Positions 48,028-58,953 of a DNA stretch of 64,000 nucleotides are shown piece after piece. A model generated the notes under the pieces. That model was not told where the DNA came from and did not search any database. It saw nothing but the letters and a program-made list of their open reading frames with translations. The stretch's first letter is position 1, and each line of letters starts with the position of its first letter. The stretch is taken from positions 38,381-102,380 of IMG/VR virus record IMGVR_UViG_3300017743_000002. One strand, written 5' to 3'. The position numbers were made by a program, and so were the translations under genes. Origin of the DNA: a virus.

Positions 48028-51000
48028 TTAATCTACCTCTAAGATTGGTTCTCCACTTCCTCTACCAGTATCCGCAACTCTTAAAATGTTTGGATTAGTA
48101 GTAAATATTTCAACAGGTGATAACCCATCTGGGGTTGTATCAGCTGATTGTTTTGAACCTTCAAAGAATGAATTCTTCAATCCTTGTGATAAATTATTTT
48201 TGAATCTATAATGGGTTGGGAAATATCCATTTAATGGAATAACTTCAGTTATTTCATTCCCAACCGATGGTGGTGTTGAACCAATCGGAAGTATAGTAAC
48301 TTTACTTCTTGTTCTAATTACATCTTGCAATTCATATTCAACTTGTTCGTTATTTGAAGTTGCAGGGTATCCTTTGGTTTGAACACTAATTTTTTCTATG
48401 TACTCTTCTTTAGTTTTAAATATTAACTTTCTGGATGAAGTTACATTTCCTCTATAATCAATTGTATTTAATGAACCAGTTCCAGCTATTGGTGCGTATA
48501 ATCCAAATCCAGCATTTGATAATGAATTCGGGTCCATACCAACCTGTTGGAATGAATCACCCTCTACTAATGCTTCTAGTTTAGAACCATCAGGTACAAT
48601 TATTTCACTAAGATACGTTGGATAGTTTCCAACTAAGTTTGTATCCTCATCTACATCTATTGATGAATCATATTGTGGGTTGGTAGATGTTAATACTATT
48701 TCTTCCTCTTCATTAATAATTGCATCGTAGTTATCATATTGATGTGAAAGGTTTGCATCCTTTTCTACATCCAATGTTACACTAAATTGATTATTATCTC
48801 CAACTAAGTTTGTAGTTTCATCTACATCTATTGTAATATCTATACCTCGATTTACTGATTTTGGTTGTTTCCACTTAGTTTTACTTCTTTCTAAATAATG
48901 TGGTTCAATTAATAAACCTTTAGAAACCTTTGCTCTAGCAGGAACTAAATCTTCTAATACATCGAATAAAGATTTATCAATGTATCTGATTAATCTGATA
49001 TATTCGTAGATATCTCTATTTAATCTTTGGAAGTAATAATCTCTTACATCTTTTAATTCAGTATATTCATCTTTGTATTCATCAGCAGGTGCTCCAATAT
49101 AATTATCTATATTAAAGTTACCAAGTGATTTGATAATATCCATATTCAACTCTTTAATTGGTGAGAAGAATAATCCTAATCTAGATGAATCAATTGGTGC
49201 TCTATCTAATGATTTTTTAGTTGCCCTTACTTTGTATGATAAATCACTAACTAATGTTTGAGATTCAAATCTAATTTTATCAGCTTGATTAAATCCTAAT
49301 GAAGGAACCTGAGCCGTTACACTTCTTTCATATACCTCATAATTATAAGGATATGTGGATTGATTACTGAATCCAAATAGGGATGCCGATGGTAAATCAT
49401 ATTCACTACTAATAGCAACATTTAATATAGAAGAATCTACAAATCTATTCTTTGGATATTCAAAGTCAAATCTAACTAACATATCTTCAGATGAAGCAGT
49501 ATAGTTATTTCCTACGATTGAATCAGGCTGTTTTGTATGAGTTGTAATAATATTATCATCCAATGAATCTTTCCAAATTCTAAACTCATCTAAACTAATA
49601 TAAGATGAACTACCAACTAATAAAGTATCAAACGAATCCCATTGTAGTGATTCACTAATTATTGATGATGTATAATCATTTATTATTAATCTATTGTTTA
49701 AAGATTCTTTTACATACAAACCTAAAGATGCTGATGAGTTTGTATCCAATTCATTAGTTAATGCTATTGTTTTATAATTTTCATCAAATAATTTTATTTC
49801 GGATGATTCGATTTCATAGGTATTTGAACTTGATGATACAAATACTTTAATTTTACCAAATGAACCTGTTGTTTGTGTTGCTTCTAATTCAAAGAACGTA
49901 GTTACACCATCCCAACCTTTAACTAAATGTTGATTTCCAGTTGAATTGAATTTAACATTCATTTCAATAGTTTCTAAAGAATCAGATATTTCAGTTTCTT
50001 TCCATGGAAGTGTAATGTATTGGCCTCCTTCAAATTTTAAAGCAGATGTTCTATCTTCAAAGGTAAATGGTTGTGTACCCCCATCAGTTGGGTCAGTTGG
50101 TCCTCCAAACTCCATAATTGTAAGGAGTGATTGTGGAACACCATAACAAGCCATTACTGCCTTTAGTGAACGAGAAGTACCTTTATGTTTTAGTAAATAA
50201 GGTAAGTTATTAAGTATCCTTCTCCAAATTTCTTCGTTTGCAGATTTAAGTGATTGTTGATATTTTTGAGTACCATCTTTATGTTGTCCTAATGCGTATT
50301 CCCAAAGGAACTGAGAATCATAAGCTTTTTTACCATCCCATCCTAAAGATTCTAACATCGTAGAAACTAATTCATTTGAAAAACCTTTATTTGATTTATG
50401 TTTTGGATTTCTTAATTCATTCAATGTATTTATGTATGCCCAAATAACATCGAAATGATGTCCTAACATATCCATAAACAACATAAAGTCCTCATTCTGA
50501 TAATCTTCCGTAATAAATTCTGGTAGATTATTATTCATATAATCAACATTGTTTCTATCAAATATTGCTCCAGCATTTACAGCTCCATTATACCAAGAAA
50601 TAGCAGTTGAATCAGTTGTTGCTACGATTGAATTACCAACTTTTGGATATGCTAAATCATCGGTTGATGTATATAAGAAGTTTTCAAATCCATCAAATGA
50701 GCCAATTAAATTGTTAATGTTGTTTAATTGTTTGTTAGCTTGAATAGTGGTTATAGCAGTTACAACAGTTCCATCTAATTGTATATTATCATCATCTTCA
50801 GATATGATAACATAACCATCTTGCCCAGCACCTTCTGCTAAAACATATCCTAATTCAATATCAGTAGTTGTAAGTTCGGTATATTTAGATTGATACGATT
50901 CTAATAGTTCTATCTTATACCAAAAGTTTTTAATTCTTTCTTCAGCTGAACCAAAGTGTATATAGTTTTGGAAAGTGTAATCAGAACCTGTTACATACTC

Positions 51001-52176
51001 TATGTTTAATTTTTCAGTATTGATACCATTTTGATTTGCATACTTTCTAATTAAATCAGTATTGGTAGCTGAACCACTAGCTAATAAATCTTCATACATT
51101 TGGTAACCAATACCAGTATCAACCTCTAAAGAGAAGTTAGGTCCTTGTAATGGTGGGCAATATTTTTCATCACCACCAAATATGTTTATCGTATCAATAA
51201 TTGGTTTAGATTGAATTTTCGTAATCCAAACCTTTTGATTTGTTGTTACACTGGTAGGTAATGGTTCATATAGTTTTAAAATTAAACTATCTTCACTACC
51301 TAACCAAGTTGTAATTACTTTGTTATCACCATCACCTAAATGTAATAAGTGAGTTAAAAAATTTGATTCATCAAATTCACAATTTGAAAACTGAGATATA
51401 AACCCTTCTGCAAATCTATTGATTGCTACTTGTCTTGGTATATTTAAATCACCTTTATCAAATAAGATAGGTATATTTTCAGTTAATCCCTCAACAACTT
51501 TTTGGCCTTCTGTGTTTACTGGAATTAATTTTAGTGGTATTTTTACTTTATCACCTTCATCAAATACTTCAACATTATATCTCTCAATTAAATCTTTTAC
51601 ATTGAATGATTGTGTTCCTCTTACTGATAATTGTACAAAATCAGTAGAATTACCTACAAATAGTTTTACATAATTTGCATGTATTGAATCCCAACCAATA
51701 TTGAAATCAACATCATATCCTATAAAATCAGCACCTCTAACTACTTTAGGATATTCTATACTTCTAATATCAGGTGTTGTTACTGATACCTCATCAACAA
51801 CATTAATTACTAAATCAATAGCTCTATCTAATACATTTACAGTTTCCGAATCTTGTGCTCCTTCATTTAATTTTGTTACAATATCTTTTTGTTCCTCATT
51901 AACTTTAGCTTTATCAGATACGGATTCTTTTGGTAAATTAGATTTTAAACCTAATTCATTTACTGATACCTTTGGTTTGGTTTCATTGTTAATTGGTTTA
52001 GTAATATCAAACTTTGGCTGAACTCTACCTTTTTCTTTTTTTAGATTTTTTAATCCACGTCTAGCAAACGCATTTAAAGGACTTGCGTTTCTATTACGAT
52101 TACGATTATCCGCACGTCTTTTTAGGTTAGCTCTTAACCTAGCAAATATACCTCTTCTTTTTCTTCTTTCAGCCAT
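48028..52176 (-). CDS. Large baseplate wedge protein (gp7 / tail protein I-like core with a LamG-like domain)
   Basis: LPEFI...FMLFMDMLGHHFD and NLPYLLKHKGTSRSLKAVMACYGVP. LDEFRIW LamG-like segment. Confidence 0.65.
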   Translation of the reverse strand: MAERRKRRGIFARLRANLKRRADNRNRNRNASPLNAFARRGLKNLKKEKGRVQPKFDITKPINNETKPKVSVNELGLKSNLPKESVSDKAKVNEEQKDIVTKLNEGAQDSETVNVLDRAIDLVINVVDEVSVTTPDIRSIEYPKVVRGADFIGYDVDFNIGWDSIHANYVKLFVGNSTDFVQLSVRGTQSFNVKDLIERYNVEVFDEGDKVKIPLKLIPVNTEGQKVVEGLTENIPILFDKGDLNIPRQVAINRFAEGFISQFSNCEFDESNFLTHLLHLGDGDNKVITTWLGSEDSLILKLYEPLPTSVTTNQKVWITKIQSKPIIDTINIFGGDEKYCPPLQGPNFSLEVDTGIGYQMYEDLLASGSATNTDLIRKYANQNGINTEKLNIEYVTGSDYTFQNYIHFGSAEERIKNFWYKIELLESYQSKYTELTTTDIELGYVLAEGAGQDGYVIISEDDDNIQLDGTVVTAITTIQANKQLNNINNLIGSFDGFENFLYTSTDDLAYPKVGNSIVATTDSTAISWYNGAVNAGAIFDRNNVDYMNNNLPEFITEDYQNEDFMLFMDMLGHHFDVIWAYINTLNELRNPKHKSNKGFSNELVSTMLESLGWDGKKAYDSQFLWEYALGQHKDGTQKYQQSLKSANEEIWRRILNNLPYLLKHKGTSRSLKAVMACYGVPQSLLTIMEFGGPTDPTDGGTQPFTFEDRTSALKFEGGQYITLPWKETEISDSLETIEMNVKFNSTGNQHLVKGWDGVTTFFELEATQTTGSFGKIKVFVSSSSNTYEIESSEIKLFDENYKTIALTNELDTNSSASLGLYVKESLNNRLIINDYTSSIISESLQWDSFDTLLVGSSSYISLDEFRIWKDSLDDNIITTHTKQPDSIVGNNYTASSEDMLVRFDFEYPKNRFVDSSILNVAISSEYDLPSASLFGFSNQSTYPYNYEVYERSVTAQVPSLGFNQADKIRFESQTLVSDLSYKVRATKKSLDRAPIDSSRLGLFFSPIKELNMDIIKSLGNFNIDNYIGAPADEYKDEYTELKDVRDYYFQRLNRDIYEYIRLIRYIDKSLFDVLEDLVPARAKVSKGLLIEPHYLERSKTKWKQPKSVNRGIDITIDVDETTNLVGDNNQFSVTLDVEKDANLSHQYDNYDAIINEEEEIVLTSTNPQYDSSIDVDEDTNLVGNYPTYLSEIIVPDGSKLEALVEGDSFQQVGMDPNSLSNAGFGLYAPIAGTGSLNTIDYRGNVTSSRKLIFKTKEEYIEKISVQTKGYPATSNNEQVEYELQDVIRTRSKVTILPIGSTPPSVGNEITEVIPLNGYFPTHYRFKNNLSQGLKNSFFEGSKQSADTTPDGLSPVEIFTTNPNILRVADTGRGSGEPILEVD

Positions 52177-52179
52177 TTA

Positions 52180-53553
52180 TTAAAGGTAATTTAAGTTTCT
52201 ATTAGGTCTGCCTGGTTCTTCACCAGCGTTTGGTCCACCAAATCTATCGATGTAATCAAATGAATCATCAGAAATAATTTCTTCTCGGCCTCCACCGCCT
52301 CCTCCTCCACCACGTGGTGGGTTATATGGATTCTTTACAGGTTTTGGTTTATCAACTGGTTTTTCTGTTTCGATACCCTCAAATTTTGGTTTAACTTCTT
52401 TTGGTTTTATTGTAATAGGTTCTTCCGCTTCTCTAACTTGATTTTCATAATCATTAAATGAGAATGGGAATAATTTTATATTATATTGTCCTATCTTACT
52501 AAATACTTTGTGTGGTATTGTTATACCAATGATATCCGAATCATCTAATTCATCAAACTCTAAGATATCATCACCAACGATGATTGTTATAGCTTGTACA
52601 TCTTTATTCTTTTGTATAAGTAATGGAACACCAGATTTTTCATTTATGTTATATTTTCTTGGGTCAGTTTTTACTAAAGATATTTGTGGGTCTAAGTCAG
52701 CATCAGGTACAGGAATTTGTTGTATTGTAATTGATACTTCATAATCAGTATTTAAAGTTATAGTTGTTTCTAATGTTTCATTAGCATCTGCTTCTAACAC
52801 CGTTGGAGTATTACCATCCTTACTTATTGTCATACCACTAATTCTATATAGAGTGGTATCTGATGACCTTATTAGATATTTTGTATTATCTAAATCTTCA
52901 TATACAGATTGTCCTGTTTTTGGAAAAAATTCTGCTGAAGTTTTTGAATTCTTAACAACACTAACAGGCGCCCCTTCTACTTCCCCTATATTGAATTTAA
53001 TTGTAAATAAAGAAGTTCCTACTGAAACTTCACCCTTTGTTAAGTTAAATGTTAAAGTTTTTGATGTTATATTTCTAATAGATACTGGAAGTTGTTCTTC
53101 ACCATTTACGAATTTTTTAAGTACAATATCTTTAGTAGATATTCCTAATGGTGTATCACTAACATTTTTATTTTTTATAAGTGGTAAATCATCATCAACC
53201 ATTGTAACTACATAATACTCATCACACTTATATCCTTTCTTAGCTATTTTTATAAGTTTATCTTCGGTTGCTAATGATTCTCTTGATATCCTAACACTTT
53301 GATTTGTAGGAACAGGAACATTATTTACCGAAGTTGTAAATCCAGTTTCGTTTGATGTTATTGTAAAAACAAAAGTATTAGTTGTTGTTGGAGTTACTAC
53401 ACTTCCACCAGAGGATGAACCACCTCCAGTTCCACCAGCATCGATAAAAACATCACCACTTTCTGGTCCACCAGGTCCACCACCTAAATTCTCATTTTGG
53501 TTTTGGTTATTGTACCCCCCTTGCTCATCAAATCCTTTTATTTTTACTGGCAT
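52180..53553 (-). CDS. Hypothetical baseplate-region structural protein (beta-sandwich/PEGA-like domains)
   Basis: FTITSNETG...IKIAKKGY PEGA-like segment and Gly/Pro-rich termini. Baseplate operon. Confidence 0.45.
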   Translation of the reverse strand: MPVKIKGFDEQGGYNNQNQNENLGGGPGGPESGDVFIDAGGTGGGSSSGGSVVTPTTTNTFVFTITSNETGFTTSVNNVPVPTNQSVRISRESLATEDKLIKIAKKGYKCDEYYVVTMVDDDLPLIKNKNVSDTPLGISTKDIVLKKFVNGEEQLPVSIRNITSKTLTFNLTKGEVSVGTSLFTIKFNIGEVEGAPVSVVKNSKTSAEFFPKTGQSVYEDLDNTKYLIRSSDTTLYRISGMTISKDGNTPTVLEADANETLETTITLNTDYEVSITIQQIPVPDADLDPQISLVKTDPRKYNINEKSGVPLLIQKNKDVQAITIIVGDDILEFDELDDSDIIGITIPHKVFSKIGQYNIKLFPFSFNDYENQVREAEEPITIKPKEVKPKFEGIETEKPVDKPKPVKNPYNPPRGGGGGGGGREEIISDDSFDYIDRFGGPNAGEEPGRPNRNLNYL

Positions 53554-53555
53554 TG

Positions 53556-54752
53556 TTATAGTGTTTTTGGTTTTTGATTAAAATAATCATCTAATCCATC
53601 TAATGGTAATCTTGAAATATCTTTATTTCTAAACATATCTATAAATCTATCTTTATTAAAACTCTTAATTGGATTTGGTAATTTAAAATCAGGAATAGGA
53701 AGTTCTATTGGAACTTCTTTTTTAATTGCTATATCTAATTTCTTTTTCTCTTCTTCAACTTTTAGTTTTTCCTTTTTTACAGTTACTTCAGGAACTTTAG
53801 CTCTAATTATAACATCCGATTCTCTACTTTGAATTACTGTATTTACTTTATCTACACTAGCATCAAACTCTTTATCAACTTCAGTTTCAGTTTGAATAGT
53901 TCTTTTAGGAAGATAAATTTCAACCAACTCTATAATGATTTTCTGAGATACTTTATAAACATCTTCTTTTGAAAATGCTAAAGATGGTTTAGTCTTTTTT
54001 GGTTTACCATAGTTTACACTTGTTACAGATGATTCCCTATTTGCAAATTCATTGTAAACTGCTTTTGTAAATTCGTTATATATTTTGGTTACTAATGTTT
54101 CAAATCCACCTATACCAAATTCCGATACAAAATTATTGTACCACTTTTCACTATATGTTTTTTTAATAAAAAAACTAACCTCTTCGGGTTTTACTGTTTC
54201 TACAAAATTAGCAACATATGGAACAACATCATCTCTAAAATTTGAACCCCTTTTAAATAAATCATATCTTTGTAATAAATCAGTTTTTTTCGATACTTCA
54301 TTTCTAATTGGTAATAATCTTATTTCAGTTCTTGATGGTGATATTTCTTGAATCCATAATTTTTCATTTGGATTATCATACCCAACTCTTTTATTAAGAA
54401 GAGTAATTTCAGTTTTAAAAATACCATTGTTATACCCAGCTTCTCTAATCAATCTTTCCGCATCTATAAAATACTCATTTGGAAATTGAAACGCTTGAAG
54501 TTTAGTACCATCTGCTATTAAAAAATAATCTTTTATATTTTGTGAATTTAATGGTACATATCTAACTAACTTACCATCATCACCTTGAGGTAGTTGATTT
54601 TCATTAGCATCATAAACAATAAATTCAATCATATCAGAATCAGAGAATCCGAAAAATGATTGCAGGTTTCCTTCTTCGAAAATCTCTCTATCTTTAGTAG
54701 AGATTCGATACCCTTTGTTATCTATTATTTCTTTAAATGTTTTAATTGCCAT
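53556..54752 (-). CDS. Hypothetical baseplate-region structural protein
   Basis: DMIEFIVYD and LWIQEISPSRTEIRL. Baseplate operon. Confidence 0.5.
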   Translation of the reverse strand: MAIKTFKEIIDNKGYRISTKDREIFEEGNLQSFFGFSDSDMIEFIVYDANENQLPQGDDGKLVRYVPLNSQNIKDYFLIADGTKLQAFQFPNEYFIDAERLIREAGYNNGIFKTEITLLNKRVGYDNPNEKLWIQEISPSRTEIRLLPIRNEVSKKTDLLQRYDLFKRGSNFRDDVVPYVANFVETVKPEEVSFFIKKTYSEKWYNNFVSEFGIGGFETLVTKIYNEFTKAVYNEFANRESSVTSVNYGKPKKTKPSLAFSKEDVYKVSQKIIIELVEIYLPKRTIQTETEVDKEFDASVDKVNTVIQSRESDVIIRAKVPEVTVKKEKLKVEEEKKKLDIAIKKEVPIELPIPDFKLPNPIKSFNKDRFIDMFRNKDISRLPLDGLDDYFNQKPKTL

Positions 54753-54754
54753 TA

Positions 54755-55828
54755 TTAACCTTTTCTATTTTTTCTTAAATCGGTAGTAAGTTTTACTTCA
54801 TCAGTTGAACCATCAGCAAACGTAACTTTAACTTTTAGTGCCAAGTCAGTATAGTTTCTAGCTTTTCCTTTCCAACCAATTCTTCTTCGTCTTGGTTGAA
54901 TACCACCACGTTTTCCTGCTTCTGTTCCACTTCCTCCAATTTTCCTTTGGTTATATTCACATTGATATGTTTCAGAAGTTTCAGGTTCAATTGAAGTTGC
55001 TCCTGATTTAACTGTGAACCATGCTGGTTTACCTTCAAATACAAATGCAATATCAGTTATTTTATTATCAGTAGTAACATTACTTACTTCTATTGTATTT
55101 GTCATTTTTCTATTACCACCTTGATTATGACTTGTTTTAGCCCATAAGTTTGCAGATTGTTGTCCAGCATCCCCATCTCCATTATTTACTTTAACAGTAA
55201 ATCCATTATCACCTCCACTAATAGCACCTTCACCAGTTTTAGCAGATAATCCAAATAATTGTTCTCTTAATGATTCATTCTCTTGCAACAATGCTTCAAC
55301 TCTAGCAGTTAATGATACTCTTTGAATTGCTTCATTAATTGAGTTCTGAATTGCGTTTTGTAAATCAATTGTTGTTTCACCGATTTGTACATTTGCTATA
55401 TCAGCTTGTTCTCTAGCTATATCAGCTTTTAACTTTTCATTATCAACTTCAATTTTTAGTACGTCTACTACACTTTCTAATTCAGCTATAATACTATTTA
55501 AATCACCTATTGTAAGATTAGCTTGTTCTAATTGTTTTGTTAAATCATCAATTCTAGCTAATGCCTCATTATACGTTGAACGAAGAACTGTATCAGGTAA
55601 ATCAGGTGCTAAATTTGGTAGAAGTTCAAATATATCAGTATCAATTGATTTCTTTAACTCTTTTGTATTGTATTTAGGTCTTATTAATTTACCACTAATA
55701 ATACCATCAGTTAAATCGGATTCTTGAAAAAGACGTATCCCACTTTGGTTAGGTGCTTGTATAGCATCTGAACCACTTACAAAGATTTTTGCAACTTGTG
55801 CTTCGTTTTTTAATCCGCTGTTTTTCAT
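54755..55828 (-). CDS. Coiled-coil structural protein with a C-terminal Ig-like domain
   Basis: Long heptad region followed by beta strands. Confidence 0.5.
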   Translation of the reverse strand: MKNSGLKNEAQVAKIFVSGSDAIQAPNQSGIRLFQESDLTDGIISGKLIRPKYNTKELKKSIDTDIFELLPNLAPDLPDTVLRSTYNEALARIDDLTKQLEQANLTIGDLNSIIAELESVVDVLKIEVDNEKLKADIAREQADIANVQIGETTIDLQNAIQNSINEAIQRVSLTARVEALLQENESLREQLFGLSAKTGEGAISGGDNGFTVKVNNGDGDAGQQSANLWAKTSHNQGGNRKMTNTIEVSNVTTDNKITDIAFVFEGKPAWFTVKSGATSIEPETSETYQCEYNQRKIGGSGTEAGKRGGIQPRRRRIGWKGKARNYTDLALKVKVTFADGSTDEVKLTTDLRKNRKG

Positions 55829-55831
55829 TAT

Positions 55832-56914
55832 TTATGAAATTAAACTAAATGTGTAATCGTTATCAAAGAAATAATCAACTCCACCAATAGTAATCTTAAA
55901 TTCTATATTGTACACCCTATCAACTTCCCAATTAGATAAATTCAAATTGAAATAGTTACCATCGGTATCACAACTTAATTTTGTGTAATTACTAAATGGA
56001 ATAATTGTTTCACCTGAATGATAATCACATATTTGGTAGTATGATGTTGTTGGTAAAAATTTACTAATACCATATTGTGCCGTAGATGAGAATGTTTTTG
56101 TAGGATATAAATCTCTACCAACTACTCTCAACTTAGGTGTTGTATTTACTTTGTAATGCTTTTTAAAGTTTCTAATTCCAACTTTTATTTCTTCCGATGT
56201 TAGTTCAGTTAACGAACCAGTTGAAAATGATACATCATTCCATGCAATTCTAACTTTTGGTTGGTGAATAGTATTGGTTTCTTTACTAAAGAATTTTAAC
56301 ATACCATAATCATTTGAATCTTCCTCAGATGAATTTTCGTGCTTTACTATCAATCCTTCATTTTCAATTGAACCACTTAACCAACTTTGGAAAATTGTAG
56401 TTATATCTGCGTTTATATCTTCTGTTTTGTATGAGAATACTTGTGAACCACTTAAATTAGAATGCCAAACTCCTCCTCTACCAGCAAACGAGCCAGTTGA
56501 GTTAGTAGCAAATACAATATTACCACCTACTACGTTGTTTACCCATCTAAGTGATGAATCACCTTCTCTATAATTCCAAGTTACACCAGCGGTTTCTATT
56601 TCATCAAATCGAGTACCTTTACCCATTTCCCAACTTTGAGATACTGGATAAATTTCAATATTGAACTCTAAGGGTATTTCTTCAGATTCAGTTTCTCTCA
56701 TTATAAGTTTGGCCTCTTCAAACCCTACACTACCAGCTGATAGTGATGATGAGAAGTTCATTACGTCAAATTTAAGGAGTGCTCTGGATACATCTTTGAT
56801 ATTACCATAGTAAACCTTACTAACCTCTAATACCTCATCTAAACCAGCGTTTTGGTCAGGTTGTTGTAAGTACACCGATGCATCTTTTGATGCTGTTAAA
56901 AAATAGTATGCCAT
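55832..56914 (-). CDS. DNRLRE/CBM96-like domain virion protein
   Basis: ASKDASVY...NAG.DEVLEV...SRALLKFD...W.MG.G...VTW...FFSKET...PKV pattern. Confidence 0.65.
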   Translation of the reverse strand: MAYYFLTASKDASVYLQQPDQNAGLDEVLEVSKVYYGNIKDVSRALLKFDVMNFSSSLSAGSVGFEEAKLIMRETESEEIPLEFNIEIYPVSQSWEMGKGTRFDEIETAGVTWNYREGDSSLRWVNNVVGGNIVFATNSTGSFAGRGGVWHSNLSGSQVFSYKTEDINADITTIFQSWLSGSIENEGLIVKHENSSEEDSNDYGMLKFFSKETNTIHQPKVRIAWNDVSFSTGSLTELTSEEIKVGIRNFKKHYKVNTTPKLRVVGRDLYPTKTFSSTAQYGISKFLPTTSYYQICDYHSGETIIPFSNYTKLSCDTDGNYFNLNLSNWEVDRVYNIEFKITIGGVDYFFDNDYTFSLIS

Positions 56915-58947
56915 TATCTTGCCCTTCCTTTTATATCCGAATCTGGAAATTTAATTTCGAAAACCGATGGGTCTAAAGATGGATATAAAATCTTATCTTT
57001 AATCGCCGCTTCTATATTGTATGAATTGTTTGCATATTGCCCACCACACTTATTTATAATTTTTAATTTTGGTACTGAACTAACTCCATCAACATTTGCT
57101 ATAATTAATTCTAATTCAGAAATGTTAACTGTGTTATTAAATGTAAAATTATCTATATCAAAATATTCTTTTAGTTCAGATATACAATCAGATAATACTT
57201 CACTCTTATTGTAATTTTTTAATGTAATGATTTCAAACTCAAGTCCTATGTTAATAATAAAACCATCATTTATGTTTATACCATCAGTTAAAATTTTGTA
57301 TTCTGAAAGATATGTTTTTAAATTTTCTTTTATTGCTCTATTTAGATTTGATAATTTTTTATTTGAATCATATCCTAATAAATAAAGATTAATAGCAAAT
57401 GGATTATTCTTTTCATTATTATTAGAAGTTTTACCTAATAAGAATTTTTGAAGTTCATCTTTTATTGCTTTTCTATTTGGTTCTTCCTCTTCAGGTTTGT
57501 TAACAAATGATTCTACTAAATCAGTAAACTCATTAAGAACGTTAGGTGAAGCTAATATAGAAGCTGGTGAGTTATTATCCAACTTACCATCTGCCGTAGC
57601 GTATGCTTTTGCAATCGAACCAAATTTGGTTGGCATTGATAGAGCTCTTACTTGATAATCTTTAGCAGTTACTGCTCTATTTTGTGAACCAAAGTTAGCC
57701 AAAGCATTTTGTCTAATCTCTTCCATTGTATCACCACCCTTACCACCAGTTGCAGGAACCTCATTATCTACTGCGATAGAGTTTTTAGCTGCATTGTATA
57801 ATCCTAATTGGGTATCTGAGAATTTTGTTGTATCTTCTTCATACTCTACCCCATTGATTTGAGTAATACTACCTTTCTTTACATTTGATTCTACACCACC
57901 ACCAACTAAATACTTTACAGTTATAGTTGTATTAGATGGAGAGGTTCCATATGTTTTAGTTTTTAAGAAGTTCGTAGGGTCGAAAGATTCTTCTAATTTA
58001 GAAATAGAATTAGGTAATCCTAATCCAACATTTTTAAATGAAGGAATAATTGTTTCTTCACTAACTGTTGGGTCACCACTACCAAACTGAATAGTTGTTG
58101 TACTATCTGGATTTACTTGCTTAACAAATCTACGAGATGTTTTAAGTGTATTTAAAATATATGGAGTTGTTTCTTTAAATTGAAATAAATCAGGATCATT
58201 ATTTTCAGTATTTGGATAATCAACAAACACCAACTCTTGTGCTAAATAAGGTACTTCATAAAATTTGTTTCCATCCGAATCTCTTACATCGTAAATATCA
58301 ATAATATTAGTATCACCTAATTCAATACTTTGAAATTCTTTATATGACCCAAAAGTTTCTTCTTCAATTTTTACATCAGCTGAAATAGCTTGTACAAATT
58401 TCTTTACTAAATAAAAAGTTGCTTCTCCACTAATAGAATCAGTTTGATATATTGTTACTTCTCTATCAGACTCATCTGAAAAATCAACAACATCTTGTGT
58501 AACAAATTGTACACCATTTGTTGATTCAGCTCTCATACCTTCTTTGATTCTTAAAAAATAAGTTTCATCAAACGTATTATCAGCGCCAGTTCCAATTGAT
58601 GGAACTAATTGATAAACCGAAAGTGTTGTTACTGATGGAGATGTTACTTTTGGTTTGTATCCTAAATATTGTGAAAGTGCTATTACATTTTCAATATCAT
58701 CGGCATGAACCATTAATGATTCTTTTAAAGTATCATCAACATAATATGAAAGTGAATCACCAATATAAGATGCCATTTCAATGAACATCATACCTGGTGA
58801 TGATTCATTAAAGTCTGAATATGTTTGTGGGAAATAAGTTTTAGCAAACTCAATAAGATTACCTCTGAATTGTGTAAAATCCTTATTAAGGTACTTTATA
58901 TCTTTACCCTTATTTTTAAAGTTCTTTGATGTTTTTGTTATTGCCAT
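56914..58947 (-). CDS. gp6: Baseplate wedge protein (T4 gp6 / baseplate J-like)
   Basis: DFNESSPGMMFIEMASYIGDSLSYY, LGYKP, IQFGSG and ATGGKGGDTMEEIRQNA...QNRAVTAKDY. Confidence 0.9.
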   Translation of the reverse strand: MAITKTSKNFKNKGKDIKYLNKDFTQFRGNLIEFAKTYFPQTYSDFNESSPGMMFIEMASYIGDSLSYYVDDTLKESLMVHADDIENVIALSQYLGYKPKVTSPSVTTLSVYQLVPSIGTGADNTFDETYFLRIKEGMRAESTNGVQFVTQDVVDFSDESDREVTIYQTDSISGEATFYLVKKFVQAISADVKIEEETFGSYKEFQSIELGDTNIIDIYDVRDSDGNKFYEVPYLAQELVFVDYPNTENNDPDLFQFKETTPYILNTLKTSRRFVKQVNPDSTTTIQFGSGDPTVSEETIIPSFKNVGLGLPNSISKLEESFDPTNFLKTKTYGTSPSNTTITVKYLVGGGVESNVKKGSITQINGVEYEEDTTKFSDTQLGLYNAAKNSIAVDNEVPATGGKGGDTMEEIRQNALANFGSQNRAVTAKDYQVRALSMPTKFGSIAKAYATADGKLDNNSPASILASPNVLNEFTDLVESFVNKPEEEEPNRKAIKDELQKFLLGKTSNNNEKNNPFAINLYLLGYDSNKKLSNLNRAIKENLKTYLSEYKILTDGININDGFIINIGLEFEIITLKNYNKSEVLSDCISELKEYFDIDNFTFNNTVNISELELIIANVDGVSSVPKLKIINKCGGQYANNSYNIEAAIKDKILYPSLDPSVFEIKFPDSDIKGRAR

Positions 58948-58953
58948 ATCTTA

